Shown: positions 10,040-21,090 of the stretch, in pieces
Layout: every line of letters begins with the position of its first letter
How positions within the stretch are numbered: position 1 is the stretch's first letter
Origin: an uncultured Spirochaetota bacterium
Lineage (GTDB): Bacteria; Spirochaetota; UBA4802; UBA5550
Reading direction: 5' to 3'
Assembly (NCBI GenBank): GCA_963827275.1
Contig: CAWHAA010000005.1
Span: 689,474-753,473 of the forward strand
DNA: 64,000 nucleotides
The notes under the pieces: model-generated
What the model was told of the DNA's origin: nothing
The model's database searches: none
The model's input: only the letters and a program-made list of their open reading frames with translations
Made by a program: the position numbers and the translations under genes

Positions 10040-10699
10040 CTACATCGCGAATTCGAGCATATACTGGTTGGGAAGGAACCCGTGGTTTTTGATGAAACGG
10101 TACCCCGCGTTTGAAAATTCTTCAATCACCCGGCGATCCTCCAGCTTGAAGGCCGCGGGCGGCCCGCCTTTTGAATTCTTCCGGTAATCGACGATGACCA
10201 CGCGGCCGTCCTTCTTCAGCGCCGGCTTCAGGCGTGACAGGTAGGCGGCCCTGTTGTCCATGTGGTGATAGGTATTGCAGATGAAGACCATGTCAAACGG
10301 CAATTTCCCCAGGTCAGGCAGGTCCGGGGATATGAGCAGCGCACGGTAATTTCCGATCTTTCTTTTTGCCGCGTCTTCCTTCATGTAAGCGACCATGCCC
10401 GGGTCCACGTCGTAACCGACCGCCTCGCCCCCGGGCGCTACGGCCGCGGCGAACCGCCGCGTGAAGTACCCGCTGCCGGCCCCGATATCCGCGACGCGCT
10501 GGCCCTTTTTCAGGCCGAGCGCCCTGATTATCTCGTCCGGCTTCTGCCACTCGCCGCGGTCCGGCGCTTCAAACATTCGTACATAATATCCGGTGTCCTT
10601 TTTTGTGCCCTGTTTTTCATCCTCCACCATCGAGCCCCTGTCGCAGCCGCCACCTGACACAATGATGGAAAAGCACAGGAACGCAATCATCCGCCGCAT
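10040..10699 (-). CDS. Exported class I SAM-dependent methyltransferase
   Basis: Signal/lipoprotein-like N-terminus, RGEWQKPDE, VADIGAGSGYFT, NTYHHM, LKKDGRVVIVDY. Confidence 0.85.
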   Translation of the reverse strand: MRRMIAFLCFSIIVSGGGCDRGSMVEDEKQGTKKDTGYYVRMFEAPDRGEWQKPDEIIRALGLKKGQRVADIGAGSGYFTRRFAAAVAPGGEAVGYDVDPGMVAYMKEDAAKRKIGNYRALLISPDLPDLGKLPFDMVFICNTYHHMDNRAAYLSRLKPALKKDGRVVIVDYRKNSKGGPPAAFKLEDRRVIEEFSNAGYRFIKNHGFLPNQYMLEFAM

Positions 10700-10927
10700 G
10701 CCGTCCTCCTTTTTATACAACAGTTGTGATGATGCTGACGCCATCGGCGAGGATGTCAACGAAGAAATCATCCGTTACGCGCCGCGCGCCGGTACAATCT
10801 GTCACAATCCCGATTTTTTTCTTGCTTTATATGCGGTTTTTATTATTTTGATATAGACCGGCGGCGGATGTAACATTCAGCCGCCTCCTTAACCATACTC
10901 ATACGTACTATCAACCGGGAGGAATCG

Positions 10928-11521
10928 ATGAACAAAAGATTGTCAATAGTGGCATCCATAATGGTACTCGCCGTCATGACGGCAACGGGCTGCGGGTATA
11001 ATACAATGCAGAAGCAGGAAGAAGAGGTGTTCCAGGCATGGGGCGACCTTGAATCAGCGCTCCAGCGGAGGGCCGACCTGATCCCGAACCTGGTGCAGAC
11101 GGTCAAGGGATACGCGAAGCATGAGAAGGACACCCTCACCGCCGTCATAGAAGCGCGCGCCAAGGCCACGTCGATCCAGGTCAATCCCAAGGACCTCGGC
11201 AACGTCGAAGCACTCCAGAAGTTCCAGCAGGCGCAGGGACAGCTCTCGACGGCACTCGGGCGCCTGATGGTGGTGGTGGAGCGGTACCCGGACCTCAAGG
11301 CGAACGAACAGTTCCGGGACCTTATGCACCAGCTCGAAGGAACGGAGAACAGGATCAACGTCGCGCGGACCCGCTACAACGAGGCGGTGAAGAACTTCAA
11401 CTTTTCGATCCGCAGCTTCCCCAACAGCCTGACGAACTCGATACTGCTCCACCTGGAGAAAAAAGAGTACTTCAAGGCTGACGAGGGGGCGAAAAAAGCG
11501 CCCGAAGTCAAGTTCGAGTGA
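10928..11521 (+). CDS. lemA: LemA family protein
   Basis: [48 protein letters not shown]. Confidence 0.95.
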   Translation: MNKRLSIVASIMVLAVMTATGCGYNTMQKQEEEVFQAWGDLESALQRRADLIPNLVQTVKGYAKHEKDTLTAVIEARAKATSIQVNPKDLGNVEALQKFQQAQGQLSTALGRLMVVVERYPDLKANEQFRDLMHQLEGTENRINVARTRYNEAVKNFNFSIRSFPNSLTNSILLHLEKKEYFKADEGAKKAPEVKFE

Positions 11522-12378
11522 CCGGGGAGCGGCCGATGAAACGCCCCCTTGCCCGGCTTGCGCCGCTCCTCGTGCTGCTGGCCCTGCCGCTGGCCGCCCT
11601 TGACGTGCCGCAGCTGAAGGGCCGCGTCAATGATTACGCCGGCATCCTCTCGCCGGGCACGGTCAGCGCGCTCGAATCCCGCCTCGCCGAGTTCGAGCGG
11701 ACGGATTCGACCCAGGTGGTGGTCCTCACCGTCCCCTCGCTCCAGGGCGACGCGATCGAGGACTTTTCCATCAGGGTCGCCGGGCAATGGAAGATCGGCC
11801 AGAAAAAGCTGGATAACGGCGCCATCATGGTCGTCGCGAAAGAGGACCGGAGGATGCGCATCGAGGTCGGGTACGGTCTCGAAGGAACCCTCACCGACCT
11901 CCGCGCGGGAAGGATCATCGACAACATCATGAAGCCGGCGTTCAGGGCGGGCGATTTCGACAAGGGGGTCTCGGACGGCGTTGACGCCATCATAGGGACG
12001 GTCAGGGGCGAGTTCAAGGCGTCCGACGCGCCCATGGCGGACAAGATGCGCACCGACCCCCTGTCATTGATGACGCCCGCGCTGTTCGCGTTTTTCTTTA
12101 TCGGCATCATCGGCAAGATAAAGCGGACACTCGGCGGGGCCGCCGGCGCCGCGATCGCGCCGATAGGCGGCGGCATCCTCTTCGGGCTTTCGCCCTGGAT
12201 CCTGCTGCTCATTCCGATCGGCTTTGTCATCGGCCTGATCATCCCCACGCTCATGACCCTCTTCCTGCTGACGGGAGGGGGACGGGGCGGCGGGTTCGGC
12301 GGCGGATTCAGCGGGGGCGGCGGCTTCGGCGGCGGGGGCGGCGGATTCGGCGGCGGCGGGGCCTCCGGCAGCTGGTAA
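11518..12378 (+). CDS. TPM-domain (YgcG-like) membrane protein with Gly-rich tail
   Basis: [20 protein letters not shown]-terminal [13 protein letters not shown]; follows lemA. Confidence 0.92.
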   Translation: MTGERPMKRPLARLAPLLVLLALPLAALDVPQLKGRVNDYAGILSPGTVSALESRLAEFERTDSTQVVVLTVPSLQGDAIEDFSIRVAGQWKIGQKKLDNGAIMVVAKEDRRMRIEVGYGLEGTLTDLRAGRIIDNIMKPAFRAGDFDKGVSDGVDAIIGTVRGEFKASDAPMADKMRTDPLSLMTPALFAFFFIGIIGKIKRTLGGAAGAAIAPIGGGILFGLSPWILLLIPIGFVIGLIIPTLMTLFLLTGGGRGGGFGGGFSGGGGFGGGGGGFGGGGASGSW

Positions 12379-12393
12379 CGGGTGAGGAACAAC

Positions 12394-13047
12394 ATGAAAG
12401 ACCTGGTAAAAAAATTTCTTTCCGAACAAGACATGGCGATGATATCCGATTCGGTAAAAAAGGCCGAGGCGTCCACCGCGGGCGAGATCGTGCCCATGGT
12501 GGTGTCATCGAGCGGCGAATACCCGCTTGCCGCCGTCATCGGCGCGCTTGCCCTTTCGGTCCCGCTCTCCATGATCGGCACCTATTTCGCGGGCCCGCTC
12601 TTTGACCTGTTCATGAGGGACATGTGGGTCTTCCTCGGGATCGAGGCCATCCTCTTCATCATCTCCTACCTGCTGGTAAAAAACCTGCTCTGGCTCAGGA
12701 GGGCCTTCACCTCCCGCGCGGAGATTGAAGACCAGGTCTGCAGGGCGGCGGTGGCGAACTTCTACCTGAGCGGCCTGTACCGCACCAAGGATGAAACCGG
12801 CGTACTGATTTTCATATCGATATTCGAGCGCACGGTATGGGTCCTCGGGGACCGCGGCATCAATGAAAAAGTCAGGCAGGACGCCTGGGGCGAGCTCGTA
12901 TCGATAATCACCGGGGGGATAAAGAGCGGAAACCAGGCGGACGCGATCTGCAGGGCGGTGGAGCGCGCCGGCGAGATCCTGCATGACCACTTCCCCATCT
13001 CCCCCGACGACAAAAACGAGCTCCCCGACCTGATCGCCGGCAGATGA
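12394..13047 (+). CDS. TPM-domain membrane protein (lemA operon)
   Basis: AEASTAGEIV, TGVLIFISIFER, GDRGIN, NELPD. Confidence 0.85.
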   Translation: MKDLVKKFLSEQDMAMISDSVKKAEASTAGEIVPMVVSSSGEYPLAAVIGALALSVPLSMIGTYFAGPLFDLFMRDMWVFLGIEAILFIISYLLVKNLLWLRRAFTSRAEIEDQVCRAAVANFYLSGLYRTKDETGVLIFISIFERTVWVLGDRGINEKVRQDAWGELVSIITGGIKSGNQADAICRAVERAGEILHDHFPISPDDKNELPDLIAGR

Positions 13048-13127
13048 TGAAAATGTATTGACCCCTGCGCCCCCTTCTTCCACTATCATACCGCCGTGTC
13101 AGCGGACCGGCCCGACATTTTTAACAT

Positions 13128-15789
13128 ATGGACAAACCAATGGAACTCCCTTCTTCATACGATCCGAAACAGGTCGAGGAAAAATGGTACAAAATATGGG
13201 AAGGCGGCGGCTATTTCCACGCGCGCGAGGATGACGGCAGGGAGCCTTACTGCATCGTCATCCCGCCGCCCAACGTGACCGGCAACCTCCACATCGGGCC
13301 ACGCCCTGAACAATACGCTCCAGGACATCCTGACGCGCTGGCAGCGGATGATGGGCAAGTCGGCGCTCTGGATGCCCGGCATGGACCATGCCGGCATCGC
13401 CACGCAGAACGTGGTGGAGCGCCTCCTGAAAGAAGAGGGCAAGACGCAAGGACGACCTGGGCCGCGAGAAGTTCGAGGAGCGGGTCTGGGAATGGAAGGA
13501 GCATTCCGGCGGCAAGATACAGAACCAGCTCCGCCGGCTCGGCTGCTCCTGCGACTGGGAGCGCGAGCGCTTCACCCTGGACAAGGGCCTTTCGCGCGCG
13601 GTGCACACGGTCTTCGCCACGCTGTACAAGGAAGGGCTCATCTACCAGGGATACCGCATCATCAACTGGTGCCCGCGCTGCGAGACGGCGCTCTCCGACA
13701 TCGAGACCGAATACCAGGACCTTGAGGGCCACCTCTGGCACATCAGCTACCCGATCGCCGGCTCGAAGGACTTCATCGTGGTGGCCACCACCCGGCCCGA
13801 GACCATGCTGGGCGACACCGGCGTGGCGGTGAACCCCGACGACGAGCGCTACAAGGACCTCGTCGGGAAGAAGGTCATCCTCCCCCTCATGAACAGGGAG
13901 ATCCCGGTCTTCGCCGACCACTTCGTCGACAAGGAATTCGGCACCGGCCTGGTGAAGGTCACGCCCGGCCCACGACCCGAACGACTTCGAGATGGGCAAG
14001 CGGCACAACCTCGGAGAGATCAACATCCTGGACAAGAACGGCAACATCAACGAAAACGGCGGGCCGTACCAGGGCCTGTCGCGCTTCGACGCGCGCAAGA
14101 AGGTCGTGGAGGACCTTGAGAAGCTCGGCCTCCTCGTCAAGATCGAAAAGCACCTCCACGCGGTGGGGCACTGCTACCGGTGCCACACCATCATCGAGCC
14201 GTACCTGTCGAAGCAGTGGTTCGTGAAGATCAAGCCGCTTGCCGACGAGGCGATCAAGGCCGTCGAGGACGGCAGGATCCGCTTCGTGCCGAAGAACTGG
14301 GAAAAGACCTACTTCGAATGGATGCACAACATCCGCGACTGGTGCATCTCCCGCCAGCTCTGGTGGGGCCACCGCATCCCGGCCTTCTACTGCGACGACT
14401 GCGGCACATCACCGTGCAGGTCGACGATCCGACCGAATGCGAAAAATGCGGATCAAAGAAGATCCGGCAGGACGAGGACGTGCTGGACACCTGGTTCTCC
14501 TCCGGGCTCTGGCCCTTCTCGACGCTGGGCTGGCCGGACAAGACCCCGGCCCTCGAAAAATATTATCCCACCAGCGTGCTGGTGACCGCCTTCGACATCA
14601 TCTTTTTCTGGGTGGCGCGCATGATCATGATGGGCCTCAAGTTCATGGGCGACGTCCCGTTCCGCGACGTCTACATCCACGCCCTGATCCGCGACGAACA
14701 GGGCGCGAAGATGAGCAAGTCGAAGGGGAACGTCATCGATCCGCTCATCATGATGGACCAGTACGGCACCGACGCGCTCCGCTTCACCCTGGCCATGCTG
14801 GCCGCCCAGGGGCGGGACATCATACTCTCCGAGAAGCGGATCGAGGGATACCGCACCTTCTGCAACAAGATATGGAACGCCACCCGCTTCATCCTGATGA
14901 ACCTGGGAGAGGGCTTCCAGGAGCGCGAGCTTGCCGCCGGCCGAGCTCGAGCCCTTCGACCGCTGGATACTCCACCGCCTCAACGAGACGGTGCGCGGCG
15001 TGCAGCGCGGCGTTCGAGGAATACAAGTTCAACGACGCGGCGCATGCCATCTACACCTTCTGGTGGCACGAGTTCTGCGACTGGTACATCGAGCTGACCA
15101 AGCAGCGCCTCTACGGGACAGGCCCCGACATGGCACAGAGCTCCGACACCGCGAAGCAGGTGCTGTTCTACGTGCTGAAAAAATCGATACAGCTTCTCCA
15201 TCCCTTCATGCCCTTCATCACCGAGGAGATCTGGGACAGGATCAAGGGAAAGGACGACGGCCTCATCCTGGTGTCGTCCTGGCCGGAGCCGCGCGCCGAG
15301 TTCGATTTCGTGAAGGAATCGGAGGAGACGGCGCTCTTCCAGGAGATCGTGTACCGCATCAGGAACATCCGGGGCGAGATGAACGTCCCCCCCGACAGGA
15401 AGGCGTCTGTCGTTTTCAAGACCTCCAGCGAGAAGATCGCTTCGATCATCCGGCGCGAGGACCTGCATATCAAGGCGCTGGCGAAGGTCGACGCCGTGAC
15501 GATAGACCCCGCCTATGCGCCGGCGGGCACGGACGCGTCGGCGGTCATCGCCGACATGGAGATATTCCTGCCGCTCAAGGGGCTGATCGATTTCGACAAA
15601 GAGCGGGCGCGCATCGACAAGGAGATCGAGAAGACCCGCGCCGACCTTGCGAAGGTGGACGCGAAGCTCGCGAACGAGAACTTCACGGGCCGGGCGCCGG
15701 CGGACGTGATCGAGAACGAAAAAACGAAGCGCGCCGGCTTCGCCGAGATACTCGCGAAGCTCGAGGCCAGCCGGGCGAAACTGGGGTGA
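13128..15789 (+). CDS. valS: Valyl-tRNA synthetase, broken by about 6 single-base frameshifts (probably sequence errors)
   Basis: [63 protein letters not shown] and C-terminal coiled coil, spread over successive frames. Confidence 0.93.
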
Positions 15790-15867
15790 GAACAGCCACA
15801 AAACCGCCCCACCCCATCACCCCCCCCCCGCTCCTTAATTATCGCAGAATATGCTTTTCATGGATGA

Positions 15868-16030
15868 ATGCCGCAATTATGCCGCGAAAAAGCGATACGA
15901 TACTATGGGATATACGCGCATGGCATTAAACATACGTTCGATCAGATAACGCGAAAGACCCGGGCGCACGCGATAGAGCATTCTTTCGACACAAATCCGG
16001 AGCACTCCCCGGACTACTGTATATATCCCT
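15868..16030 (+). mobile_element. Remnant of an IS91-family (HUH/Y2) transposase C-terminus
   Basis: IRYYGIYA followed by a degenerate W(A)xxI...F..DP..CP.C-type tail (RAHAIEHSFDTNPEHSPDYC); no N-terminal part. Confidence 0.5.
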
Positions 16031-16281
16031 TGAAAGATTCGGGGCTGAGACATGGATGTCGAAGTCCCGGCGCGCGGCAGGATGCCGCGAAAAACGCCGG
16101 GAGAAGACCCACCTGCTCCATGCCGGATATTTCAGAATAAAGAAGGGGCCGTAATGCTTGATTTCTCTCAAAAATTCCCGAAAATTTCTTGCTATTTGGA
16201 CAAACCGCTGTTGTACTAGTCAACGGGTAGGCATTCTTTTCACAATTTCAAAAATTTTTCTCAATTTTCAAGTCGAGCGCA

Positions 16282-16376
16282 AAAATTTAAGCCTCTGTCC
16301 AGCGCTTTTTGTGTTAGAAAGGGCCTTATTTGAGAGGTGGCAGGTTCAGATAAAACGTATTGTGTCCCCTGGGCCT
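16282..16376. repeat. ~95-bp imperfect direct repeat, copy 1
   Basis: AAGCCTCTGTCCAGCGCTTTTT...TGAGAGG...AAACG(T)ATTGTGTCCC(C)TGGGCC aligns colinearly with 17052-17146. Confidence 0.9.
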
Positions 16377-16406
16377 TTACCTGAGAGGGAGCAGATTCTT
16401 AGAAAG

Positions 16407-16766
16407 TTATAAGAATTTTTCGACAGACGTATTGAACAAATCAGCCAGCTTCTTGGCGACATGCTTCCCGATGGGGCGTCGGCTGTTTTCCATATCGGAA
16501 ATATGATGACGGGAAATACCACCGAGCTTCTTCCCAAGCTGATCTTGGGTCAAACCCCTTGTTTCGCGGTAAACCCTCATGTGGTCTCCCGGTTTCATTT
16601 CAGCCGTAATTTTCTTGTACCAATCCATATTCTTGGCAAGTTCATATTCATCGTCTTCAACAATAAGCTTGTCGCCAAAATCTTCTTTCAAGACCTTTAG
16701 GAGTTTGCCTGAAATAACTCCCTCGATATTTATTTTAGTACGGGGCGTTTTCACGTGAACCTGCAT
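16407..16766 (-). CDS. XRE-family HTH antitoxin (HigA-like)
   Basis: YRETRGLTQDQLGKKLGGISRHHISDMENSRRPIG HTH; overlaps and lies downstream of the toxin gene. Confidence 0.85.
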   Translation of the reverse strand: MQVHVKTPRTKINIEGVISGKLLKVLKEDFGDKLIVEDDEYELAKNMDWYKKITAEMKPGDHMRVYRETRGLTQDQLGKKLGGISRHHISDMENSRRPIGKHVAKKLADLFNTSVEKFL

Positions 16767-17001
16767 AATATACCTCGATTATTATAGAATTATTCTCGTT
16801 TTTCCAACAAGCTACCCAGCTATAAGCTAAATGACAATGATAATCATTTTCCCCTAATTTGCTGTAATTGCTCCATTCTCTCCGTTCTGGACCATTTTCT
16901 TCCAAATCATCAACAAGTCGCTTCATTTTCATTCGAATTGCTTTCGGCATTTTCTCTATATTTTTTTTCGATTTCTTGTTGATGTATACTTCATGTTTCA
17001 T
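16735..17001 (-). CDS. RelE/HigB-like toxin
   Basis: 88-aa basic protein, WSNYSKL..YHCHL..WVACW..IEVYYAGSRENAPY; toxin-before-HTH gene order. Confidence 0.78.
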   Translation of the reverse strand: MKHEVYINKKSKKNIEKMPKAIRMKMKRLVDDLEENGPERREWSNYSKLGENDYHCHLAYSWVACWKNENNSIIIEVYYAGSRENAPY

Positions 17002-17007
17002 ACTGAT

Positions 17008-17036
17008 AATGTACCCAATTACGGGAACAATGTCAA
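17008..17036 (-). promoter_or_regulatory. Sigma70 promoter of the TA operon with internal palindromic operator
   Basis: TTGACA-17bp-TACATT on the minus strand; TGTACCC-AATTAC-GGGAACA imperfect inverted repeat across the spacer. Confidence 0.75.
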
Positions 17037-17051
17037 GCATTATTTTTCTGT

Positions 17052-17146
17052 AAAATTTCAAGCCTCTGTCCAGCGCTTTTTCTGCCGGAGGGGGCTTGAT
17101 GTGAGAGGGGGCGGCTTCACATTAAACGCATTGTGTCCCGTGGGCC
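17052..17146. repeat. ~95-bp imperfect direct repeat, copy 2
   Basis: Colinear with 16282-16376; internal stems TCAAGCC..GGCTTGA and ATGTGA..TCACAT. Confidence 0.9.
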
Positions 17147-17193
17147 TATTCTTATGAGGATGCAATTCCCCAAAAGCAAAAAGCCATAGCGAG

Positions 17194-17682
17194 TTATTTC
17201 CCGCAGCCGCCCCCGTCCTTCTCCGCGATGCGCTCCGCGAGCCTGCGCTTCCGCCGCTCCTGCGCCTCGCAGCTCCGCCGTTTCTCGTCCTCCGTCTCGA
17301 AGCTGACGGGGGGGATCACGGTCGGCCTCCCCTCCGCGTCAAGCGCGACATAGGTGAGATACGCCGATGACGTGTGGCGCACCTCGCCCGTGATCATGTT
17401 TTCCGCCTCGACGCGCACCCCGATCTCCATGGAGGTCTTTCCGACATAGTTGATGCTCGCGGTGATCCGGATCAGGTTGCCCACGAAGACCGGGCTGTGG
17501 AAATCGAGCCGGTCTATGGATGCGGTGACCGGGTTTTTCCCGGTATGGCGCGCCGCCACGATCCCCGCGGTATTGTCGATCAGCTTCATGATGGTGCCGC
17601 CATGGACATTCCCGGCGAGGTTCGCGTCCATCTGGGTCATGTGCTGCACGATGGTGATGCTTGAATCCTTTACTGTTTTCAT
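17194..17682 (-). CDS. Acyl-CoA thioesterase (hotdog fold, YciA-like)
   Basis: DANLAGNVHGGTIMKLID, VTASIDRLDF, GKTSMEIGVRV. Confidence 0.92.
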   Translation of the reverse strand: MKTVKDSSITIVQHMTQMDANLAGNVHGGTIMKLIDNTAGIVAARHTGKNPVTASIDRLDFHSPVFVGNLIRITASINYVGKTSMEIGVRVEAENMITGEVRHTSSAYLTYVALDAEGRPTVIPPVSFETEDEKRRSCEAQERRKRRLAERIAEKDGGGCGK

Positions 17683-17692
17683 GCATTCCCCC

Positions 17693-18628
17693 TTAACGGC
17701 AGCAGGTCCCCGAATCGGAACAGATCCTGGTGTTCTCGACCTGGAGGGTCGTGTGCCGTATCCCGTATTTTTCTTCCAGCATTGTATTGACGCTTTTTAT
17801 TATCTCGTCGGTATCGCTCCCGTCGGCCTGCCCGCATACGCAGAGGTGGCACGAGAGGAACACCTCGTTCGAATTTATCGACCAGATATGGAGGCCGTGA
17901 ACATCCCCCACGTTCCCGACGCGTGAGATGTCGCGGAGGACCTCGTCCATGTCGATGTGGGCCGGCGTTCCCTGCAAAATTATCCGGGCGGATTCCCGTA
18001 TGATCGAGAAGGAGCTCGCGGCGATCATGAGGACAATCGCAAGGCTCATGATCAGGTCCACGATGGCGATCCCGGTGAGGTAGAGCACGATCCCCGCGGC
18101 GATGACGGCCGCGGAAGAGACGGTATCGTAGAGCAGGTGCAGGAACGCCGCCTTCAGGTTCAGGGTCCTCCCCCGCTCCTTCGCCAGCAGCAGCATCGAG
18201 AAGAGGTTCCCCGCCAGGCCGACCGCGGCCACCGGCAGCATGATGCTGACGTTGATCGGGACCGGGTGGAGGTAGCGCGCGGCCGCCTCGTACACGATAT
18301 AAAAACCGATCCCGAGCAGCGACACCGCGTTCACGAGCGCCACGATCACCTCGAAGCGCTTCAGGCCGAAGCTGAACTTCTTGTCCGGCTTTTTCTCCGA
18401 GATCCGCTCGCCGGCATAGCCGAGCGCCAGGGAGAGCACGTCGGAAAAGTTATGGCCGGCGTCCGATATGAGCGCAAGGCTGCCCGAAAGCACGCCGCCG
18501 ATGTATTCGGCCGCGGTGATGACCGCGTTAAAAAATATCACCAGCGCGAGCCTGGTGCCGCTTGCCGGGGCGCCGTGCCCGTGGACGCCATGGGAGTGGT
18601 CATTGTGCGCATGCCCGTATGCCGCCAT
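17693..18628 (-). CDS. CDF-family Zn/Co/Cd efflux transporter (CzcD/ZitB-like)
   Basis: His-rich N-terminus, SLALISDAGHNFSD, NLKAAFLHLLYD, LHIWSI, HTTLQVE. Confidence 0.93.
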   Translation of the reverse strand: MAAYGHAHNDHSHGVHGHGAPASGTRLALVIFFNAVITAAEYIGGVLSGSLALISDAGHNFSDVLSLALGYAGERISEKKPDKKFSFGLKRFEVIVALVNAVSLLGIGFYIVYEAAARYLHPVPINVSIMLPVAAVGLAGNLFSMLLLAKERGRTLNLKAAFLHLLYDTVSSAAVIAAGIVLYLTGIAIVDLIMSLAIVLMIAASSFSIIRESARIILQGTPAHIDMDEVLRDISRVGNVGDVHGLHIWSINSNEVFLSCHLCVCGQADGSDTDEIIKSVNTMLEEKYGIRHTTLQVENTRICSDSGTCCR

Positions 18629-18629
18629 A

Positions 18630-18986
18630 TCACCACCCCTCATTGATGTGCTCGAAGCCCTGCCCTATGATCTGCTTCACGTGGTCATCGTCCAGCGAAT
18701 AGAGTATGGACCTCCCCTCCCGCCGGTACTTCACGAGCCGCGACTGCTTCAGCACGCGCAGCTGGTGGGATACGGCGGACTGGCTCATTGCCACCAGCGC
18801 GGCGATATCATGGACGCACAGCTCGGAACGCGACAGGTGGAAGAGTATTTTTGTCCTGGTGACGTCCCCGAAGACCCGGAAAAACTCGGACAGCGCCATG
18901 AAGCGCGATTCGTCCGGCACCGTTTCCCTCTTTTTTTTATCATCCGGGCGCACCGCTCCGGCGGGCGCATGGCGTATTTTATTCAT
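18630..18986 (-). CDS. ArsR/SmtB-family metal-sensing repressor (CzrA/SmtB-like)
   Basis: FGDVTRTKIL, ELCVHDIA, SQSAVSHQLRVL, alpha5 DDDHV...EHINE. Confidence 0.93.
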   Translation of the reverse strand: MNKIRHAPAGAVRPDDKKKRETVPDESRFMALSEFFRVFGDVTRTKILFHLSRSELCVHDIAALVAMSQSAVSHQLRVLKQSRLVKYRREGRSILYSLDDDHVKQIIGQGFEHINEGW

Positions 18987-19010
18987 GACTTTGCCGCCTC
19001 TTATAACTCA

Positions 19011-19032
19011 TATATGAACATATAATCATATA
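19011..19032. promoter_or_regulatory. SmtB/CzrA-type operator
   Basis: TATATGA-ACATATAA-TCATATA inverted repeat between a minus-strand TTGACA (19042-19047) and the ArsR start. Confidence 0.8.
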
Positions 19033-19268
19033 TTAGTTATTTGTCAAGAAAAAAAAGCGGTTCCCCGCCGCTGGATTTCCGGCATGAGGCCCCCGAAGCC
19101 GCCCCGCGGGGCACGTAGAGGCAGACCGGCAGTTCTTCATCATCCGCCTGCCCCGTCCGTTCTCAGCCCGAGTGCCGCTGCCCGTACAAGGGCCATTCAA
19201 ATGGAAAGAAGAGGCCTAAACTCAAGAGGGGACCCGCACCGCATCAGCGCAGTATTTCACCCGGACAA

Positions 19269-20819
19269 TCAACCCGCGACGGTCATGGAGCGCGACAGGC
19301 CGCCAAGGCGTTCCGCCATGCCGGTAATTACCCCGAGTGCGTCTGATATCCTGGACGCGATCTCCACTATATGCTGCGAACCCTCGGAGATATGGCCCGA
19401 CGTGTTGTTCAGCTCCTCAGTCGAGGACTTCTGTTCTCCCATGGAGTATTCAATGGAGCCGCTTATGCTGTGGATCTTGTCGTTCAGCTTGGTAATGGAC
19501 ATCACCATATTGTTGATGTCGACGTTCAGCTTCGCCACCTCCGCCATCTCGTCCTTGATATTCAATATGAAATCATTGAGCCTGCCGATCATATCGGTCG
19601 ATTCGTCAATTATCATACTGCTGTCGTCGATGAGGACATGGTTCTTATTGATGATATTGGCTATTTCCTTCGAATTGCTTGTTGTGGCATCGGCGAGCTT
19701 CGATATTTCATCGGCGACAACGGCGAAGCCGCGGCCGTGCTCCCCGGCGCGGGCCGCCTCGATGGCCGCGTTGAGGGAGAGAAGGTTGACCTTGTCCGCA
19801 ATGTCATTGATAAGCTGGATGAAATTCGACATCTCCCTGCTTTGGTCCTTTAATATGGAAAACTTCTCGCGGGCATCCATGATCTTGTTTGATGACCGGG
19901 AGGAATGCGCCGCGATTTCCGCCAGGGCGTTGTTTATCTGGGTATTGCTGGTCTGCACCTTGTCGTTCACGGCCTTCATGTCATTGACCGACCTGACGTT
20001 GTCGCTCAATTCAGAGTGAAGGGACGACACTATATCACTCAAGGAATCGGAGTTGGTCGACAGCTCCTCGACCGCAGCCGACACCTCCTCGAGAGAGGCA
20101 GCCTGGTCCTGCGAAATGGCATTGAGTGATTCCGAAGTCACCCTGATGTTGCCTGTCTCGCCTTCAAGGATCCTGACGGCTTCCACGATCTCACCGGCAG
20201 CCGTTGTCAGGTCTTCGGAGTTCCTTCTCGCTTCTTCGTTCTTGATGATGGCAAGCTTCAGGATTTTTTTGGTGGCCTCGGATCCCACGGCCGCCCCGAT
20301 GCCCACCCAGAAGTAGACCAGGTACTTGATCACCATGTTGCTGGCCGGACCTCCCGGCATAAGTTCAGGCCTGAGGATAAACAATGACGTCTGTGATATG
20401 ATCACCATCACAAAACAAAATATTGATGTTTTCCAGTCAAAATAAAAAACACTTAATGACAGGGCGATGTAATGCAGGGCGGAAAGCTCTGTGGCGCCGT
20501 ATATGACATACTGGAAAAACCAGAGACAGGCCAGCACCCCGGTGATCGATATATAACTGGATACCTTTTTCCCCCTGGTCTTTCTTTCCAGGATGAATGT
20601 TACAAATAATACACCGACAATCAGAAAGGTTTCAATGGCGATATCGGCCCATTCAAGATATTGCGAACCCTTTCCGGCAAGCTTGATCAGGATAGTGGCG
20701 ATATTGGCCATCAGAAAAATTGATGTTATGGCCACGAGCATGCGTTTGTTGTTGCCGGCAAGGACATTTTCAAAGATCGGGTTGTTTTCCAGAGTCGTTT
20801 TTCCTATTGTTGACGCCAT
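19269..20819 (-). CDS. Methyl-accepting chemotaxis protein with multi-TM sensor region
   Basis: About 5 N-terminal TM helices; [37 protein letters not shown]. Confidence 0.93.
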   Translation of the reverse strand: MASTIGKTTLENNPIFENVLAGNNKRMLVAITSIFLMANIATILIKLAGKGSQYLEWADIAIETFLIVGVLFVTFILERKTRGKKVSSYISITGVLACLWFFQYVIYGATELSALHYIALSLSVFYFDWKTSIFCFVMVIISQTSLFILRPELMPGGPASNMVIKYLVYFWVGIGAAVGSEATKKILKLAIIKNEEARRNSEDLTTAAGEIVEAVRILEGETGNIRVTSESLNAISQDQAASLEEVSAAVEELSTNSDSLSDIVSSLHSELSDNVRSVNDMKAVNDKVQTSNTQINNALAEIAAHSSRSSNKIMDAREKFSILKDQSREMSNFIQLINDIADKVNLLSLNAAIEAARAGEHGRGFAVVADEISKLADATTSNSKEIANIINKNHVLIDDSSMIIDESTDMIGRLNDFILNIKDEMAEVAKLNVDINNMVMSITKLNDKIHSISGSIEYSMGEQKSSTEELNNTSGHISEGSQHIVEIASRISDALGVITGMAERLGGLSRSMTVAG

Positions 20820-21090
20820 ATAACACCTTTTAAAAACATGTAATTAATACATCTGTCTTGGCAATACGGTATTTCGTCAAGACAAAGATATTACCCGCGC
20901 ATAATGACCGAGAAGGGTCCGGTCTAAAAAAACGCATTGTATTCCGTGGCCTGCTTCCGTATCAGTCCACAATTCCCGGAAAGACCAAGAAACCTCTATA
21001 CACGCCCTCTGAGGGGGGTCTGCCCCCCGGCGGGGGCCTGGAAGATAAAAGTATTGATAAACCCCGCCGCATTTCCTAAAGTGTCTCACC

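Noticed and set aside
12280-12375. GGC-rich low-complexity repeat
   Set aside because: It encodes the normal Gly-rich tail of TPM/YgcG proteins
13128-15789. valS pseudogene or programmed frameshifting
   Set aside because: Essential gene with intact motifs and many scattered single-base indels without slippery-site patterns; sequence error is more parsimonious
16747-16762. parS site (TTCACGTGAA core)
   Set aside because: The flanks differ from TGT...ACA at four positions and it lies in the TA coding overlap; candidates near 25770-25785 and 43062-43077 are half-sites only
16282-17146. Integron attC sites or PyrR-binding loops for the 95-bp repeats
   Set aside because: No RYYYAAC/GTTRRRY cores and no integrase; GGACAGAGGCT does not fit the PyrR consensus and no pyr gene is adjacent
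19050-19265. Possible ncRNA (6S-like) between the MCP and ArsR genes
   Set aside because: I could not identify a convincing long rod structure or family motif by eye
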